In this document: positions 1 through 13,340 of the stretch, one piece after another
Layout of the letters: each line of letters opens with the position of its first letter
Position numbering within the stretch: position 1 is the first letter of the stretch
NCBI GenBank assembly: GCA_017499595.2
Contig: CM039002.1
Location: 2,604,001 to 2,668,000, forward strand
Source: Psilocybe cubensis
Taxonomy: Eukaryota
Reading direction: 5' to 3'
DNA length: 64,000 nt
The notes under the pieces: generated by a model
What the model was told of the DNA's origin: nothing
Seen by the model: only the letters and a program-made list of their open reading frames with translations
The model's database searches: none
Made by a program: the position numbers and the translations under genes

Positions 1-3000
1 CTCTAGCGTTCTCCGAGTACTCGTAACGATCTTGCGCACTAAATTCTTGTGCCAACTGTTCAAATATAATCTCGGCTTCCAAACTGAACCTCTCGTTCTG
101 AATTGACGAATATTGAAGGGCATGCAAGGCAGCAACGTGTCGATAGTTATGTGTCTTGACGTTATGTTGCTCAGGAGGAAGAATGTGGCAACTGTCGCAA
201 AAATCAAAACCGCCTAGCTTCCTCTCAATTTCGGAAAAACGATCGAGAATGGGGAATTCACATACCAGGATACCGACACATTGGACTGAGACACGTATAT
301 CGCTTTTCTCCCTTCGGCGATTCGTGGCATCGATCACAGTACCACCTAAAACAAGAGACAGGTTAAGCAACCAATCAAATAGAAAATTTAATTGATTAAG
401 GCTTACTCGTCGGGGAGTTGGGAGAAGAAGGTTCTATCAGGCATACCTTGGAACAGACTCTCGTAGCTAGGATCCCATGCTCTTGGGATCAAAGGAGGGA
501 TCGCGTGTCTGTCCAGCGTCTTAACGTGTTCTTCCCAGGGCGGATATTGTAAGTAAGCACTCTCCGCAGTGATCTTGCTCATAGGGAAGTCATCGTGGAT
601 CGACAATTCAGAATATGCGTCCAAGAGCTCTTCGAATGAATATGGAACGTAAACTGAAAAATACGTCCACATTCCACCATAATAAGAATTGAAGGCTAAA
701 AAAAGTTGTGTCAATTTCTGGCATACGGCCAGCCAAATAACAGAAATACCTTCAGAAGACGTATCCTCAAACCGTGCTGTAAGTAGGAAGGTATGAACAT
801 CAACACAAAGAATGACATTAGGACAGGGAGAAAAATTACCTTTCAATTCATTGATGTGATTGGCAGTAATCTTCCTTAACAGTTGGAATGTTGTGCTCAG
901 ACGGGCCCACTCCCTTATATCAACCGTGACTGTTGTACATTTACGCGCGAGCGCGAGAGTCTGTTCTAGCACTAGGGTACAAAGTTGAAGAATGTACTGC
1001 GAAGCCGGTAAATAAAAGGCCTTAAGAAGTACAGGTAAAGATTTCTGACCTTTTCGGGTTCCTTTTTTCCGTAAATTAAATGGATCGTTGCCTCATCTTC
1101 AAGGGTCCATTTCAACGACTGGAGATGTCCGCGATATATTTCATCTTGTTCGAAGACTTTTTGTTTGACAAGTTCTCGAAGTTCTTGTGTTGTACTAGGG
1201 GTCCGCTGACCGACAGGCTCGCGGGCAAAAGCGTGGCAAATGGTGTCAAAAAAGAATGTCGTATAATCGACAAGGTATCCACGATTGGTCCCAAGAACTT
1301 CACAACCCGTAATTTAGAATTTAATTATAAACAAGATCGTGAGCGACCATACCTTTTGCTTGCATTTCGGTAAGAGTAGAAAGGATCTTGTTGATACGTG
1401 TGCGATAAATGCGATTTTCATACGCCCACCCTGAAAAATTTGTATTTGAGACCTCAATTAACTCAGGACATTCGCAAAGGCAACGTACCTGCGGCACAGT
1501 ATGCACACCACTGGGGTAGATTCCATCCTTTAGGAATCGCCTGCGAGAATGCGTTTGCCTCGCTGATACGAATGAATCCCGAATTATCGTTGTCGATAGC
1601 CTGAGTGATGTTTTCTCCGTAAGCGGCGATGTACTCCAAGGTCCACGAGTCGGGGTGATTGATCGATCCAAGCCTGGATAAGAAGCTGAACTTTGGCGCA
1701 GAACCATATTTCACAATTTGTTTTTCCTCCGTATCGGAGTCTTCCTGATGTTGCTCCCCATCGGGCTTATCGACGTGCTTTTTGCCGGAGAAACGGTCGA
1801 GATAAAACTCGAATACAGCGCTAACAAAAAATTTGTTCTCGACACAGAAGATCCAGTTCTGTGATATATGCGGTTTGTCAAAAGCTGGCAACGATAAACA
1901 ACGAATAAACTCGCCATTTCTTTCCATAGGTGCCGAAGATCCTGAGGGTCACCAAAAGTCAGAAAAAGTGACGACGAGAGGGTAATAAAAGATACAGACC
2001 TCGTGGACGAGTCGGTCATATGGGCCAGAAAGAGACTTGATTACCAGCTGAGCTGAATTGGCGATGGACTGCTCGAGTTGTTTGGTGTGGAAACTTAATT
2101 TGACCTCAAACATATCCTTATTGCGTTCGCACAGAATGTCCAAGGACAATTCCAGCTCTTTCTTGATTTTCGCGAGCTGGGCATCGATGGCAAAGTCGAT
2201 CTTGGCTTTCTCTGTATCCTTGACTTTTGAACCTTCGGCAGGCTTGTCCACATCTTTGCCTTTGTCACCGGATGATCCTGCGGCAGGCGCAAATGAGAAT
2301 GCGGGATCCTTCGTCTCGGAGATCAAAGATTGCAGTATGGCAGGGTCGTTGATCCATGCGCTGGGAGGTCCCAGGCTACGTGTCTTCTTGTCGAGATTCT
2401 TCTCCCAGTCAGCCTTGGGAGTGAAGAAATGGGTGAGCACGACGTCCATCTTGAGAACAAGATCCTCGACGCCAACTGCTACTTGCACTTGCAGCGTTGT
2501 CTGGAGTTGGACACGGAACTCGGTGAACTCTGCGATGTGGCCTAGCATCCTTTTCTTCCAGTCCTGGGCTTTCCAAAATTTAACTGGCGAGCGAGTGTGA
2601 GCTTTACCAGTGTCAATGATAGTAGCGGATACTAACCGAAACGCGATTCTTTGTAATAGGTGTCAATGCTATTACCGCACGACTTGATTTCTTTTTCCAT
2701 GTTCGCTAAGATCAGGCCAAGTTTAGCCGTGGTCCTGACATTTTCTGCATCAGGCCACCGGTTTTGGCGACGGGTAGACAGATCATCGACACTAAAATGG
2801 ATTATTCAGTCATAATGTGAAAAGGGAAAACAGGGAAAACCTACTCCAGTAGGACGCGCATCATATCCGTCTGGGCCAGGAAGACGGCAGTGACGCGTGC
2901 GTCGTTCTCCCGCCTATCTTGCTCAAACATCACTGCAGTCTTGAAGCTTACAACAACAGCTGATCCCGTAGTGAGTAATTACGATGATGAACACTCGACA

Positions 3001-3196
3001 AATGCTGACCTTTGGCAATAGGATGTAGCTCAGATACGCCTTCCAGCAATGCCAACAGATTGTTTGCGTGTTTGAGATAATCACGCCCATCGGCGGGAGG
3101 TGTTTCCTTCATCTTGGTATGAACTTTCTGCCATTGCTTGTACTCGTTCTCGAGAGCTTCATCTTGCGCGGCAGACTTGCGAACGTTGGTTGGCAT
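1..3196 (-). CDS. EF-hand/ZZ zinc-finger protein, paralog A (multi-exon; 3' end runs off the left edge)
   Basis: ATG at 3196 (MPTNVRKS...YLKHANNLLALLEGVSELHPIAK). Exons colinear with paralogs B and C (FEQDRRENDARVTAVFLAQTD; KFWKAQDWK; WIFCVENKFF; EF loop DNDNSGFIRISE; W-LPQWCAY). ZZ-type WYCDRC...RYTC...C/FDFCDSC...H...H at about 140-345. TATA-like TATAAAA at about 3257-3263. Confidence 0.88.
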
Positions 3197-4384
3197 CGCG
3201 AGGCAGACTGTGCGTTCCTTTGACGCTTGTGGTCGAAGCGATTTATCGATATGGCCATTTTATATGACTCACGGCAAGGGTCGCGACCTATGTTAGGAAC
3301 TGTGAAGAGACCAACATGCAAAGCGTGTTCAATTCAACTGAAACGTTGATGATTGTAATCAAAATCAATTTCTCACGTTTAGCGCCTTACTTGTTATCAT
3401 CATCTTTTGATTAGCGACTTCTAGTGCATAGTCGACCATCCTGATTCAACTTTTCAAGTTGGTTGAAGAACGAAAGCAGAATGCCTTGCATACGCACTAA
3501 AGAAGCACGGTAACGTTTCTCCATTGAACACGACGATATGCGCACTAGTGCTTTTTGGCCTCTCTTAACGAAGGTGCATAAAGCAATCGATGGGCAGTCA
3601 GGGAACAATCAGGGAAGCCATGTACCTCTAATCGAGACGAGATCGCCACGAAAAAGAATCAGCCACGAACTGGGGCACAGAGATCCAAAAGCGGCTTCAA
3701 ATGTTCCGGCAAGCCAACATCGCTTCGCCTCCTCTATACGCGAGGCGATGATAATCTCATCGGGTATCACTATTTGCCTAAAAGCATTCAAGAAAATCCC
3801 GGCTTATAGGCGCCCGATTTCGTCTTTATGGCTGTGTAGCTTCGGGCGCGCACAGGTACCAAAGGCATTGGCAGATCCACGTTATACCAAGGCTCCCAGC
3901 AACTCATGTTCTGCCTCACCAACGCATATAGCTCTTCTAGCAGGCATCCTTGTATAACTCAAAGAAGCCAAAGCTGTATATAAATGCATAGCCTCCCTCA
4001 TGCAAGCAGAATAGGGACGCGATCGATAGTGACCAAGTCGTCAGATTTCGCTCCTGAGGGTTTCTGCTCAGAGTTTTTGCCTCAAATTGTTTTTTCATCC
4101 AGAATTCTCTCCAAAATCTGAAGCCGACATTAGACAGAGTCGGGACTTACAAGCTTCGGCATCTCTGGAATCGTATAATGATGGCCCTGGACACAGATAA
4201 CTGTCAACCAGGTCCTGGGAATGACGCATGTCAGGGTTTCCCAAACGCCGATCTAATTGAGCAAGTAAACAGCGACATGGTAACACCTTGATAGCTCAGT
4301 GCTTGCTGCGCATATAAATGATGTACCCAGTTCCCAGCCGTGGTACTATCAGTGAATCGCTTTTTCTCTCGCACAGTTCACAAT

Positions 4385-7300
4385 ATGGAGGAAGATACCA
4401 TTCTTCAGCAAGACTATAGGCAATGGGAAAGGACTCACGCCAGGATGAAGGAATCGCCTCCGCAGAATGGACATGATTATCTCAAACACGCGAAAAATTT
4501 ACTGGTGCTGTTGGAAGGTGTGGCAGAGCTGAATCCTGTAGCAAAAGGTGAGATAATTCTAAAGACATGAATTTATTAATAGGATATTGATTATTACTTG
4601 GGCTCACCTTAGCTGTGGTTGTAAGCTTCAAAACTGCAGTGATGTTCGAACAAGACCGCCGGGAAAATGACGCACGAGTTACCGCCGTGTTTTTGGCTCA
4701 GACAGATGTGATGCGTGTTCTACTCGAGTATGAACACGGTTCAGTTTTGGAAGAGCTCAGAAACTGATGCTTAATGACAGTGTCGACGATATTGCCAGTC
4801 GTCGCCGGTATAGGCCAAATGTAGAGATTCTCAGGTCAAATGTCACCTTAAACGATATTCTATCAGCCATTCAGAAGGAAATCAAGGCCTGTGGAAATAG
4901 CATTGACACGTATTACAAAGAGTCGCGTTTTGGTGAGCAAACTCAATCGTTCTATTATTCTCATTCTTATGCATATTGTGCCAGTCAAATTTTGGAAGGC
5001 TCAAGACTGGAAAAACAGGATGCTGGGGCACATAAATCAATTTAACCAGTTGAGAAACGAGCTTCAGCAAACACTGTCCGTCCAGGTCGCTTCTGGGGTG
5101 GAAGATATTGCTGTCAAAATGGACGAAGTCCTTTCCCGCCTTTATGCACCAAGATACGATTGGGAAAAGAGTTTGGATATGAAGACAAGGGGATTAGAGT
5201 TCATGGATCCGTCGTGGATAGAAGGCCCCGATACTCTGCGAAATCTCCTCTTGGATACAAACGATCCATCGCTACCTGCTATGTCTCCTGCCGGTCAAGC
5301 CAAGGATATATCAACTCAGATAGCGACTGATATGCAATTATCCAAAGTCAAGAGGGAGATCCAGTCATCATTGGATGCCCTCTGTGACAGGAATATGGAC
5401 ATGTTTGAACTGAGACTCAATTTCCATGCACAGCAGATGGAACAGGTTATAATGAACTCGGCTCATCTAGTGATCCAGTCGTTGTCTGGTCCGAGTGACC
5501 GTCTTCTCAATAAGGTACGTCCTCTAAAGGATGAATTCTATTCGTTTCATTTGACTACTATCACGACGTAAAGGACCTACGACAGCTTTGGAAAGAAATG
5601 GTAGTTATTCAATGAGCCTCTAATACCTTTGGTTGACTTGGAACAATTCTAGGACTGGATTTTCTGTGTCGAAAACAAGTTTTTTGTCAGCGCACTGTTC
5701 GAATTTTATCTCGATCAATTCTCCAGCCATAAACCCACTCATAATTTTATTTTCCCCGATAACCAAACCGATGATACAGTACAATTAGAGAAAGATCGTG
5801 AAGAAACACTAAAGAAACTACTTTTTTCCTCCACATCTGTCCCTAAATTCACCTTTTTGTCGAGGTTGGGCGCTTTGACTCACCCAGATGCTTGGACTCT
5901 AGAATATATCGCTCTTCATGGGCATCACATTACCCGAGCCATTGATAATGACTGCTCTGGCTTCATCCGCATCAGCGAAGCGAATTCTTTCACCCAGCAA
6001 ATACCAAAAGGATGGACATTGCCACAATGGTGTGCTTACTCAGCGGCGGGTATGAAGCTCACCTATATTAAAAAATGCCAAAACGTACTGATTTTTTAAT
6101 TAATGATCCTAGGATGGGCGTATGAAGCGCGCATATATCGTCGGCGCATGAGTAAAATTATGACGGTTCTGACGGATATGCAAGCAAAGGGTATAAACCT
6201 TCGTATCTTTCATTCACATTGCATTACCTGACCATGCGGGGCACAGTTCTTGAAAGTAACAGAGCATACTTGATTATATTCTCTCTTATCAGTTTCCATG
6301 CAACATATCACGCGTTTACTCGTGAGCCGACAGGACAGAGCATTCCCCCAGTCACGCAAGAGCTGCGGGAACTCGTAAAGCATAAGGTCCTTGCTCAGGA
6401 TGCGTTATATCGTAGTCATCTGCAGAAACTTAGGTGGACTGTAGAGGACGAGTCTACGCTTCATTTGTTGTATGGGGAAATGGCCCCTGAAAAAGTGAGT
6501 GACTCATAAAATAAATCATGACGTATCAGATATACCAATACACATTCCAGTATATACTTCAGTTTGGGACCCTGATGCTGGAGCAATTTCTTTCGGTATC
6601 AGAATTGTGCCGTACAGCAACCATAGATGCAAAAGATTGGCTTCGTTTGTCTTCCGCATCCCGATTGATGAGGGAAGTCTCTCTGAAGCGAGTTTCCGAA
6701 CTGCAAGGTAGGCATGACATCGTATCACATTGTTTCTGATTTCTAAATTATCATGGGGATATATAGCAAGATTTGATAACGAGGTTGATAGCTCTGAAAG
6801 TAAACTAGTTGATATTTGCATCCACAGTCTTATATTAAAGGTTTGCCTACTTTTCAGGTATTTCCACATTCCACGGCGGTATCTGGTCTTTTGTTAGGCA
6901 GCAACTTGATACAGGCGCATTAGCAGAGGGCATGAAACCATATACCGCTCAAGAACTAACGGAATATCAGGATGATCTCCCTATACTTGAGGATTTCCCG
7001 ATACCAACCGACGTTGCACCTTATATACAATATTCAACATGGGAACAGTACCTTCAGACTGCAGGGGACGAGGCAAAGGATCTATCTGTGATACCAAAGA
7101 CGTGGAACCCATTAAACGATACTGCACTCCCTCATCTAGTGGACAGAGCTTATATAAAGGATTTTCCTATGCAAGGGTACGTTCCATGTTGACATTCTTT
7201 CGTTCAGGTGCTCATTATATTTTATTCATCAGCTGGAACTGTGATCGATGTGGAGAAACTCCAGCCCAGCAAAAACGATACAGATGTATTGATATCAGCT

Positions 7301-8699
7301 GTCCTGGTAAATCACTAAAGCTGTTCGTCACACTCAGCAAAACTAATCAATTACAATATTTCAGACTTCGACCTATGTCAAGAGTGCTACAGTCTTCCCC
7401 AACCGGAACATAAGGCTGTACAGCACAAGTTTAACCATCACGTCATGCTTTCTACGTTGTGGCTAATGCCTGAACAAGAACAAAAAATTGCGCTCGAAAT
7501 TCTGGTTGTCTTAGAACAAATACGCCAAGAAATCAGTGCTCTACAGCGCTCCCAGTCTACGGTTGTTAAAGCTGATATGTCAGAAAGGAGAGGAACACCG
7601 ACGGATGGCCCCGAAGCATCGAAAAGTGAGGAAGGTGCTGAGGAACCCAAACTAGAAGAAGCGTCAATGGATTCGAGCGCTGTGACACCTGATGAGCGGA
7701 ACGGCGCCGTGTTACGTATCACCGACACCGATAATGCCCATGATACCGAGGAAACGACAACACCGTTATCTGAAAAGAATGAAGAAAGAGATTCAGGTGA
7801 ACTGGAGAGCGCTGAAAAGAGGGTGGATGACGCCGGTCATATCGCAACTATGCCAATTCTTGAAGTGACGTCAACACCTCAGGAAAATGCTACGCTAGTG
7901 GAGAACGACTCCCCGGAACAAAACCTCGAAATTACCAGCCTGTATCCTGATGAAAATGTTCACCCAATTGCCACCGTCGATGCGCTCATCGGAAATGAAG
8001 CTGAAACTGACATTACCAGTGACCACGCGAAACCTGGAGCACAGAGTTCAGACAAAGACACAAAAATAGAGGTCGCAGAAACAATTGATGTCTCAAGCTC
8101 TTCTGCAACGAATTCTCTTCCGCTTATCAAAAAATTCTCGTGCGGTCGATGTTCTGTGGAACTATCCTTAGAAATGAACTTTTTCAGATGTGTTGGACAT
8201 GCTTGTCGAGGTAAATTTCTTTATTTACTTTTTCTCTATTACTACTTACAATATAACCCTAGATTATTTTGTCTGTAGCAAATGTGCATTTGAACGATTT
8301 GAAGAGGTCGACGACGCTGCTCATCAATGGTGGCACTCATTGTTTGTCTTCCGGAAAGATATCTTGTTCGAAGAGCCATCCGAGCAGCAAAAGGAGGTTG
8401 CTGGCGGTAATGATCAACAGGTTGTTTCCGCACTGGAAGTTTCTAAAGACCAGATCATCTCTCAAACGATAGACAACAGAATATCCAAGCTGGAACAGAA
8501 GTTTTCGGAGTTGAATGCTGCTATCCAGTCAGGTCAGGACTCACTGGCGAGCGCTATCCAGTCCACCTTGGAGACAAAGTTCGACAGGATCACCTCATTG
8601 GAAGCTAAGGTAGAAAGGCTCGAGAACAAGATGGACAGTATGATGACCACACTAATGGAATTACTAGGGGGATTGTCAGAGAAGAAAGCATTCGACTAG
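4385..8699 (+). CDS. EF-hand/two-ZZ zinc-finger/coiled-coil protein, paralog B (complete, multi-exon)
   Basis: ATG 4385 after CATATAAAT at 4311. GT-AG introns (e.g. 4548-4612). EF loop DNDCSGFIRISE at about 5944-5979. ZZ1 WNCDRC..RYRC..SCPDFDLCQECY..H..H at about 7235-7445, acidic linker, ZZ2 FSCGRC..FFRC..ACRDYFVCSKC..HQWWH at about 8135-8340, heptad coiled coil to TAG 8699. Confidence 0.9.
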
Positions 8700-8930
8700 A
8701 ACATCGTTTGTGCATTTGGCCTTTTGTACTTTATTTATTTGTTGTTTACCGTTATATTCGATGCTTTGAAGGAGTCAGGGTATAACGAATCGTGTATCGG
8801 TACGTGGTTTAGCAATACGAATAATTTAACGCATTCCAGCATCACGGTACACGGTACACCTCACTTGGAGAGTTTAAGGAGACAAACGCGTCATCATAGA
8901 TCGCATGTCTCTTACAAAGCAAATATAAAT

Positions 8931-11807
8931 TCATAACTCAGCCTTAATCTGGTCTGCCAGTTTCTCAGCGATGGCAAAGCATGCTCCAGCCTAAAACCAT
9001 TCAGTAATCTATAGCAAACAGCACGAGAGATTATTTAGGAAAGCACTTACCGTATGCCCAGAGATAATCGAGGGGAAGACAGAGGCATCACACACTTTCA
9101 AACCTTTGATACCATATACATTCAACTTAGAGTCGACCACGCCGTCTTCTTCCAGCGGCGCCATACGACATGTAGATGTGGGGTGGTACACGGTTTCGAC
9201 ACGTTCGCGAACAATGTCTTCCAGTTCTGCGTCAGTCTTTAGGTACAGTTGGTGATCAAATTGTGGATCCAACGAGTCGTGGTCGAGAATAGATTTGAGA
9301 GGATCTTGACGGGAAATTTTCAGGCCAAGACGGACGCCGCGGACAAGTTTAACGAGGTCTTCGCGTGTGGCAAGATAACTGCAGATTAGGAAGGAATAAC
9401 AGGGATCAACAAGATCGAACAATGACAAATGGCGACGAAACAGCGCGTACTTTGGATCAACTCTTGGGTACGCAAATGGATCTGAAGAGAGCAAGCGGAT
9501 AGTGCCATGACTTGTAGGCCTTTCATCAAAGTAAAATTACAGCGTTAGAATAAAAATAGACGTTTCGTCAATACTGTGCCATACCTGACAAGGTATACAT
9601 GAATAGCATATGTATGGCCTTCAAGTATGACAGCTGTATGTTGCTGTACAAGATTACATTAGTCAACCTGGAGAAGCTAGGAAAAATCCTGAAGTACCTT
9701 ATAAGCGCTCGGAGTGGAAAAATATTCCAGATCGGGGCTATCCTTTGCAGAAGTTGAATCGATTAACTTTTCCGGGTATTCAGAGGCGGGGAATAGGACA
9801 GGGTCATCAGTGCGAACAAATGCAGCCGCTTCACCGTACTACCAAAGAGCAAGCGTGAGGTCAGTTATCTTATCCAATTAGATCGAATACACCTACGTTC
9901 ATTGCCAAGGGGCCTCCTGCTCCAAGTGAATAACGAGCGACGGCGCTCAAAGCCCAAAAGGTTTCAATCAAATTTTTAGGCTTGAGATACGCGAAGGATT
10001 GTACACAGCCTTTCTGCAAGAAGTTCATGTCGAAGATAGGATGGTCTACCAAATTCTTGCCGACACCAGGAAGATGATGGACAACTGGAATAGAATGCTC
10101 CTGAAGGTGCTCTGTGGGACCAATGCCAGAAAGAAGAAGGAGCTTCAAAATAATGCAAAGGTCAGACCATAAAGATACAGAACTGTACATTAAACAGAAC
10201 GTACATGGGGTGACTGAACTGCGCCTGCCCTGATATTTATTTGACTTTGATGAGTGCTAAAATTAGATTATATCATAATACCAGTACGTACGAGATAATA
10301 ACCTGTTTTTTGGCCCTTGCTTGGAACCGAGGGCCGTCCTCAGAGTTTGCGAACTCGACGCCAGATGCCACTGTCGACTCAACGTCTCGCTCGAATAGAA
10401 CACGGGTCACCGTGGCGTTGATAGCCACCACCAAATTAGGCCGGGCAAGAACTTCAGGGGTCAAATAGGCCCCTTCTGCAGAAGAACGCTCGCGTTTGTT
10501 GTCAACGTATGTCACTAATGTCGCATAGTTATTCGAGGAAAACAATTAGACGAGAAAGTTTTGTCCACGTACTAATCTACAATGCGATTTCGTCAGTAAG
10601 TGGCACAACCTTATAACGTGAATACTCACTCGAGCAGCGCCTATAGTTCCATTAGGTCCATTAAAGTCATTGGTTGACGGGATGCCGACGTTGAGACATG
10701 CTTGAACGAATTTGTTACACCAGATCGAGACACTATTGTTGAAGCCAACTTGAACAGGGCCAGTTGTCCCTCGCGCAGAAACATCAACATTGGGGAAATC
10801 CCGATGCGGTTGGTAAGATTCGAACTTGCGGAAGGAACTAAAAAATAATAAAAACATAGATCTGTGAACCCAAGGACAGGTTTACCTACCGAGAAAAGTT
10901 TTTCCATGCGAAAGATTCATCTTTGATTATAGACGCCCATTCGTCGAAGTCTCCGGGGGCTCCATATTGTGCCCTAATCAGTGTATGAAGGTCAATTTGG
11001 ATATCCAGTTAAGGGGAATATATATGAATACATTTGTGCATTGATAGACGAGCCTGTTTGAAGGTATCAGCAATGTATTTCAGTACGTTTCATTACTGCT
11101 CACATCCACCCAGCATTTTGGCTAAACAGAAAAGAGTTGAGTACTGTCAAAAGCATTCAACGGCAATGAAAGCAATCTGACCTCTAGGCCAAAACTTCTT
11201 GGCGCCATTTGCAAATGACTGAGCTTCGGTCCAAAATGCGTGAACATGTTTCTTTACGTAGAATAGTTGACTGTATGCTGCAGGAATGCGACTTTCAGGG
11301 ATCGCACGGCCACTGCAAAGGATCGTGTCAGCAACCAAGTCGACGTTGATGATCCCCTATCAAATGCTTGACTCTAACCTTCCTCCAGCCTCTAGCAGCA
11401 AAACACGTATGTTTGGATTCTCAGTCAAACGTGCGGCCAGTACGCAGCCAGAGGTGCCTTTTCATCTCGCTCAGTAATGAAGCACAAAGATCCATGAACC
11501 GAACACACGTACCTCCGCCGACAATAATAATGTCATACTCTGGCAAACCCGATCCCTTGCTAGTTTCAGACTGTCCTCCCTCGACACGCTGCCCAATGGT
11601 CCCTAGATCGGTAACGTACTTCTTCTTCTTCTTCTTCTTTGTTGATTTCGCAAGGTACAGTCTGAGCAAAATAGCAATGGTAGTTCCTGTCAAAAGTATA
11701 CGTGTTCGAGGTGTCAACTTTTGAACAGCGTCGGTAATGGGGGCAGGTAAATGGCTGTATCTGGCAAGCACGTCATTCAAGGCTTCCAGTGCTGATGCCA
11801 CCGTCAT
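8931..11807 (-). CDS. GMC oxidoreductase (AA3_2-like FAD flavoprotein) with N-terminal hydrophobic anchor
   Basis: [33 protein letters not shown] (FAD-binding), [27 protein letters not shown]...[61 protein letters not shown]. Stop TGA at 8931-8933. Confidence 0.95.
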
Positions 11808-12560
11808 GTCTGTGGAGAATATACAGTCGCCACGGTACCTTGAACCCGCGATTTCAAGTTGTCGTAAAACTGGGTGAAAACAAGAACGCTAGACACCTTG
11901 ATGGACGATGAACTAAGGGGCTTTGTTTTCGCCATGTTTGCTATGCATATGATACCGAAGTAGCCGAATTGAGGCATAGGGTCAGGTTCAGCGCCGTTGC
12001 ATCCCCTGGCGGCAACGAACTGGAAACTTGGCAACATTCTAACAACAACGTGACCGCTGCCTTGGCTTTGAGAGTCATCATGGCTGACTCAGCAAGCATA
12101 TACGGATGTTGGATATATCCGGACGGGCGCTTGTTAGATCTCTGGGCTGCACGGCAATCAATCATTGAATTAAATATCCGTCAAAGTCATGTCTATGTGA
12201 ATACCTTGGTTCTGATGCTGTGTCAGTATTATAAAGATTCTTTTGGTTGCTCAAACAAACGCCTTGAACTGGTGGAGTTAAGGATTCCAGTCACAGGTAT
12301 TTTTATCTTAAACCCTGACAATTTACTTCAATGTATCAGTAAAATTAGAATAAGGCTTTACATGTTGATTATTTTCTTCGCCCTAGCACCTCTACGAGCT
12401 CAAAGAGATAGCGGTATGTAGGCTAGACGCATCTACATAGAGCCTATCATTTGTATACACATAAATTTGCACATTCATTGTTTTAGTACCATGCACCTAG
12501 GATTTCGGACTTGCCTGTCAAGTGGACACGCGTAATTAATAGACGGGCAAATAGAAAAAT

Positions 12561-12632
12561 AAGTGCACGCAAGTGCACGCAAGTGCATGCAAGTGCATGC
12601 AAGTGCAATGCAAGTGCAACTCTGCACTTGCA
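12561..12632. repeat. AAGTGCAYGC tandem array (left arm of the MULE-like element)
   Basis: aagtgcacgc aagtgcacgc aagtgcatgc aagtgcatgc aagtgcaatg caagtgcaac... Confidence 0.9.
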
Positions 12633-13231
12633 TCGCGCGTGACAGTGTGTGAATATGTCACAATTATTTCCTCGGGACAAAGGTGCCGGTGCATGCCGAG
12701 TGAGGAGAACATGCCATGTTTTGCTCGTACAACTGAGGTCTGAGGCAAATAAACAATTTTGGCTTCTAGCATGAGTTTTGAATACTACCTCTGTTAGACT
12801 ATTTATTCTAAAATTTGCTTCAGACAGTTTGTGCGCCATTTTCTGGCACATTTCACTGCCAGGGATGTGTTGTCACGGACTTGTGATCTGTCGTCACAAG
12901 AACCAATGAACTCGTTGTAAATACACCTTCTGCCTTGGAGTATGGGAAAATAAAACATAAAACTTATATATTTCGGTCTGTGTGGTATACCCATTCTCCC
13001 GAATAGTGTTTTTTACTCTCTCTGGGCACCTTGGGGCGAAATAAATCAAAAATAAGTTTGAATATTCTCTCTACAATGATGAGGTACTACATCAAGCAAA
13101 ACAATGTCTGCCTGCTAAAACTTCCGCTATTCGGATTAAGAAATCGGGTAACATTAAAAATTATGCTTATAGCTGGGGATTCTGCTCGCAATTATACAAT
13201 AATTGACTCGTCTCCGATAACCTTCTAATTT

Positions 13232-13340
13232 ATGTCACATTTATGTCACATGCACTTGCTTTACACTGCACTTGCATTGCACTTGCGTGCACTTGCACTG
13301 CACTTGCACACACTTACATTGCACTTGAATGCGCTTATGT
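13232..13340. repeat. Internal TGCACT(T) array of the MULE-like element
   Basis: atgtcacatttatgtcacatgcacttgc...tgcacttgcattgcacttgcgtgcacttgcactgcacttgcac; same orientation as the right arm. Confidence 0.85.
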
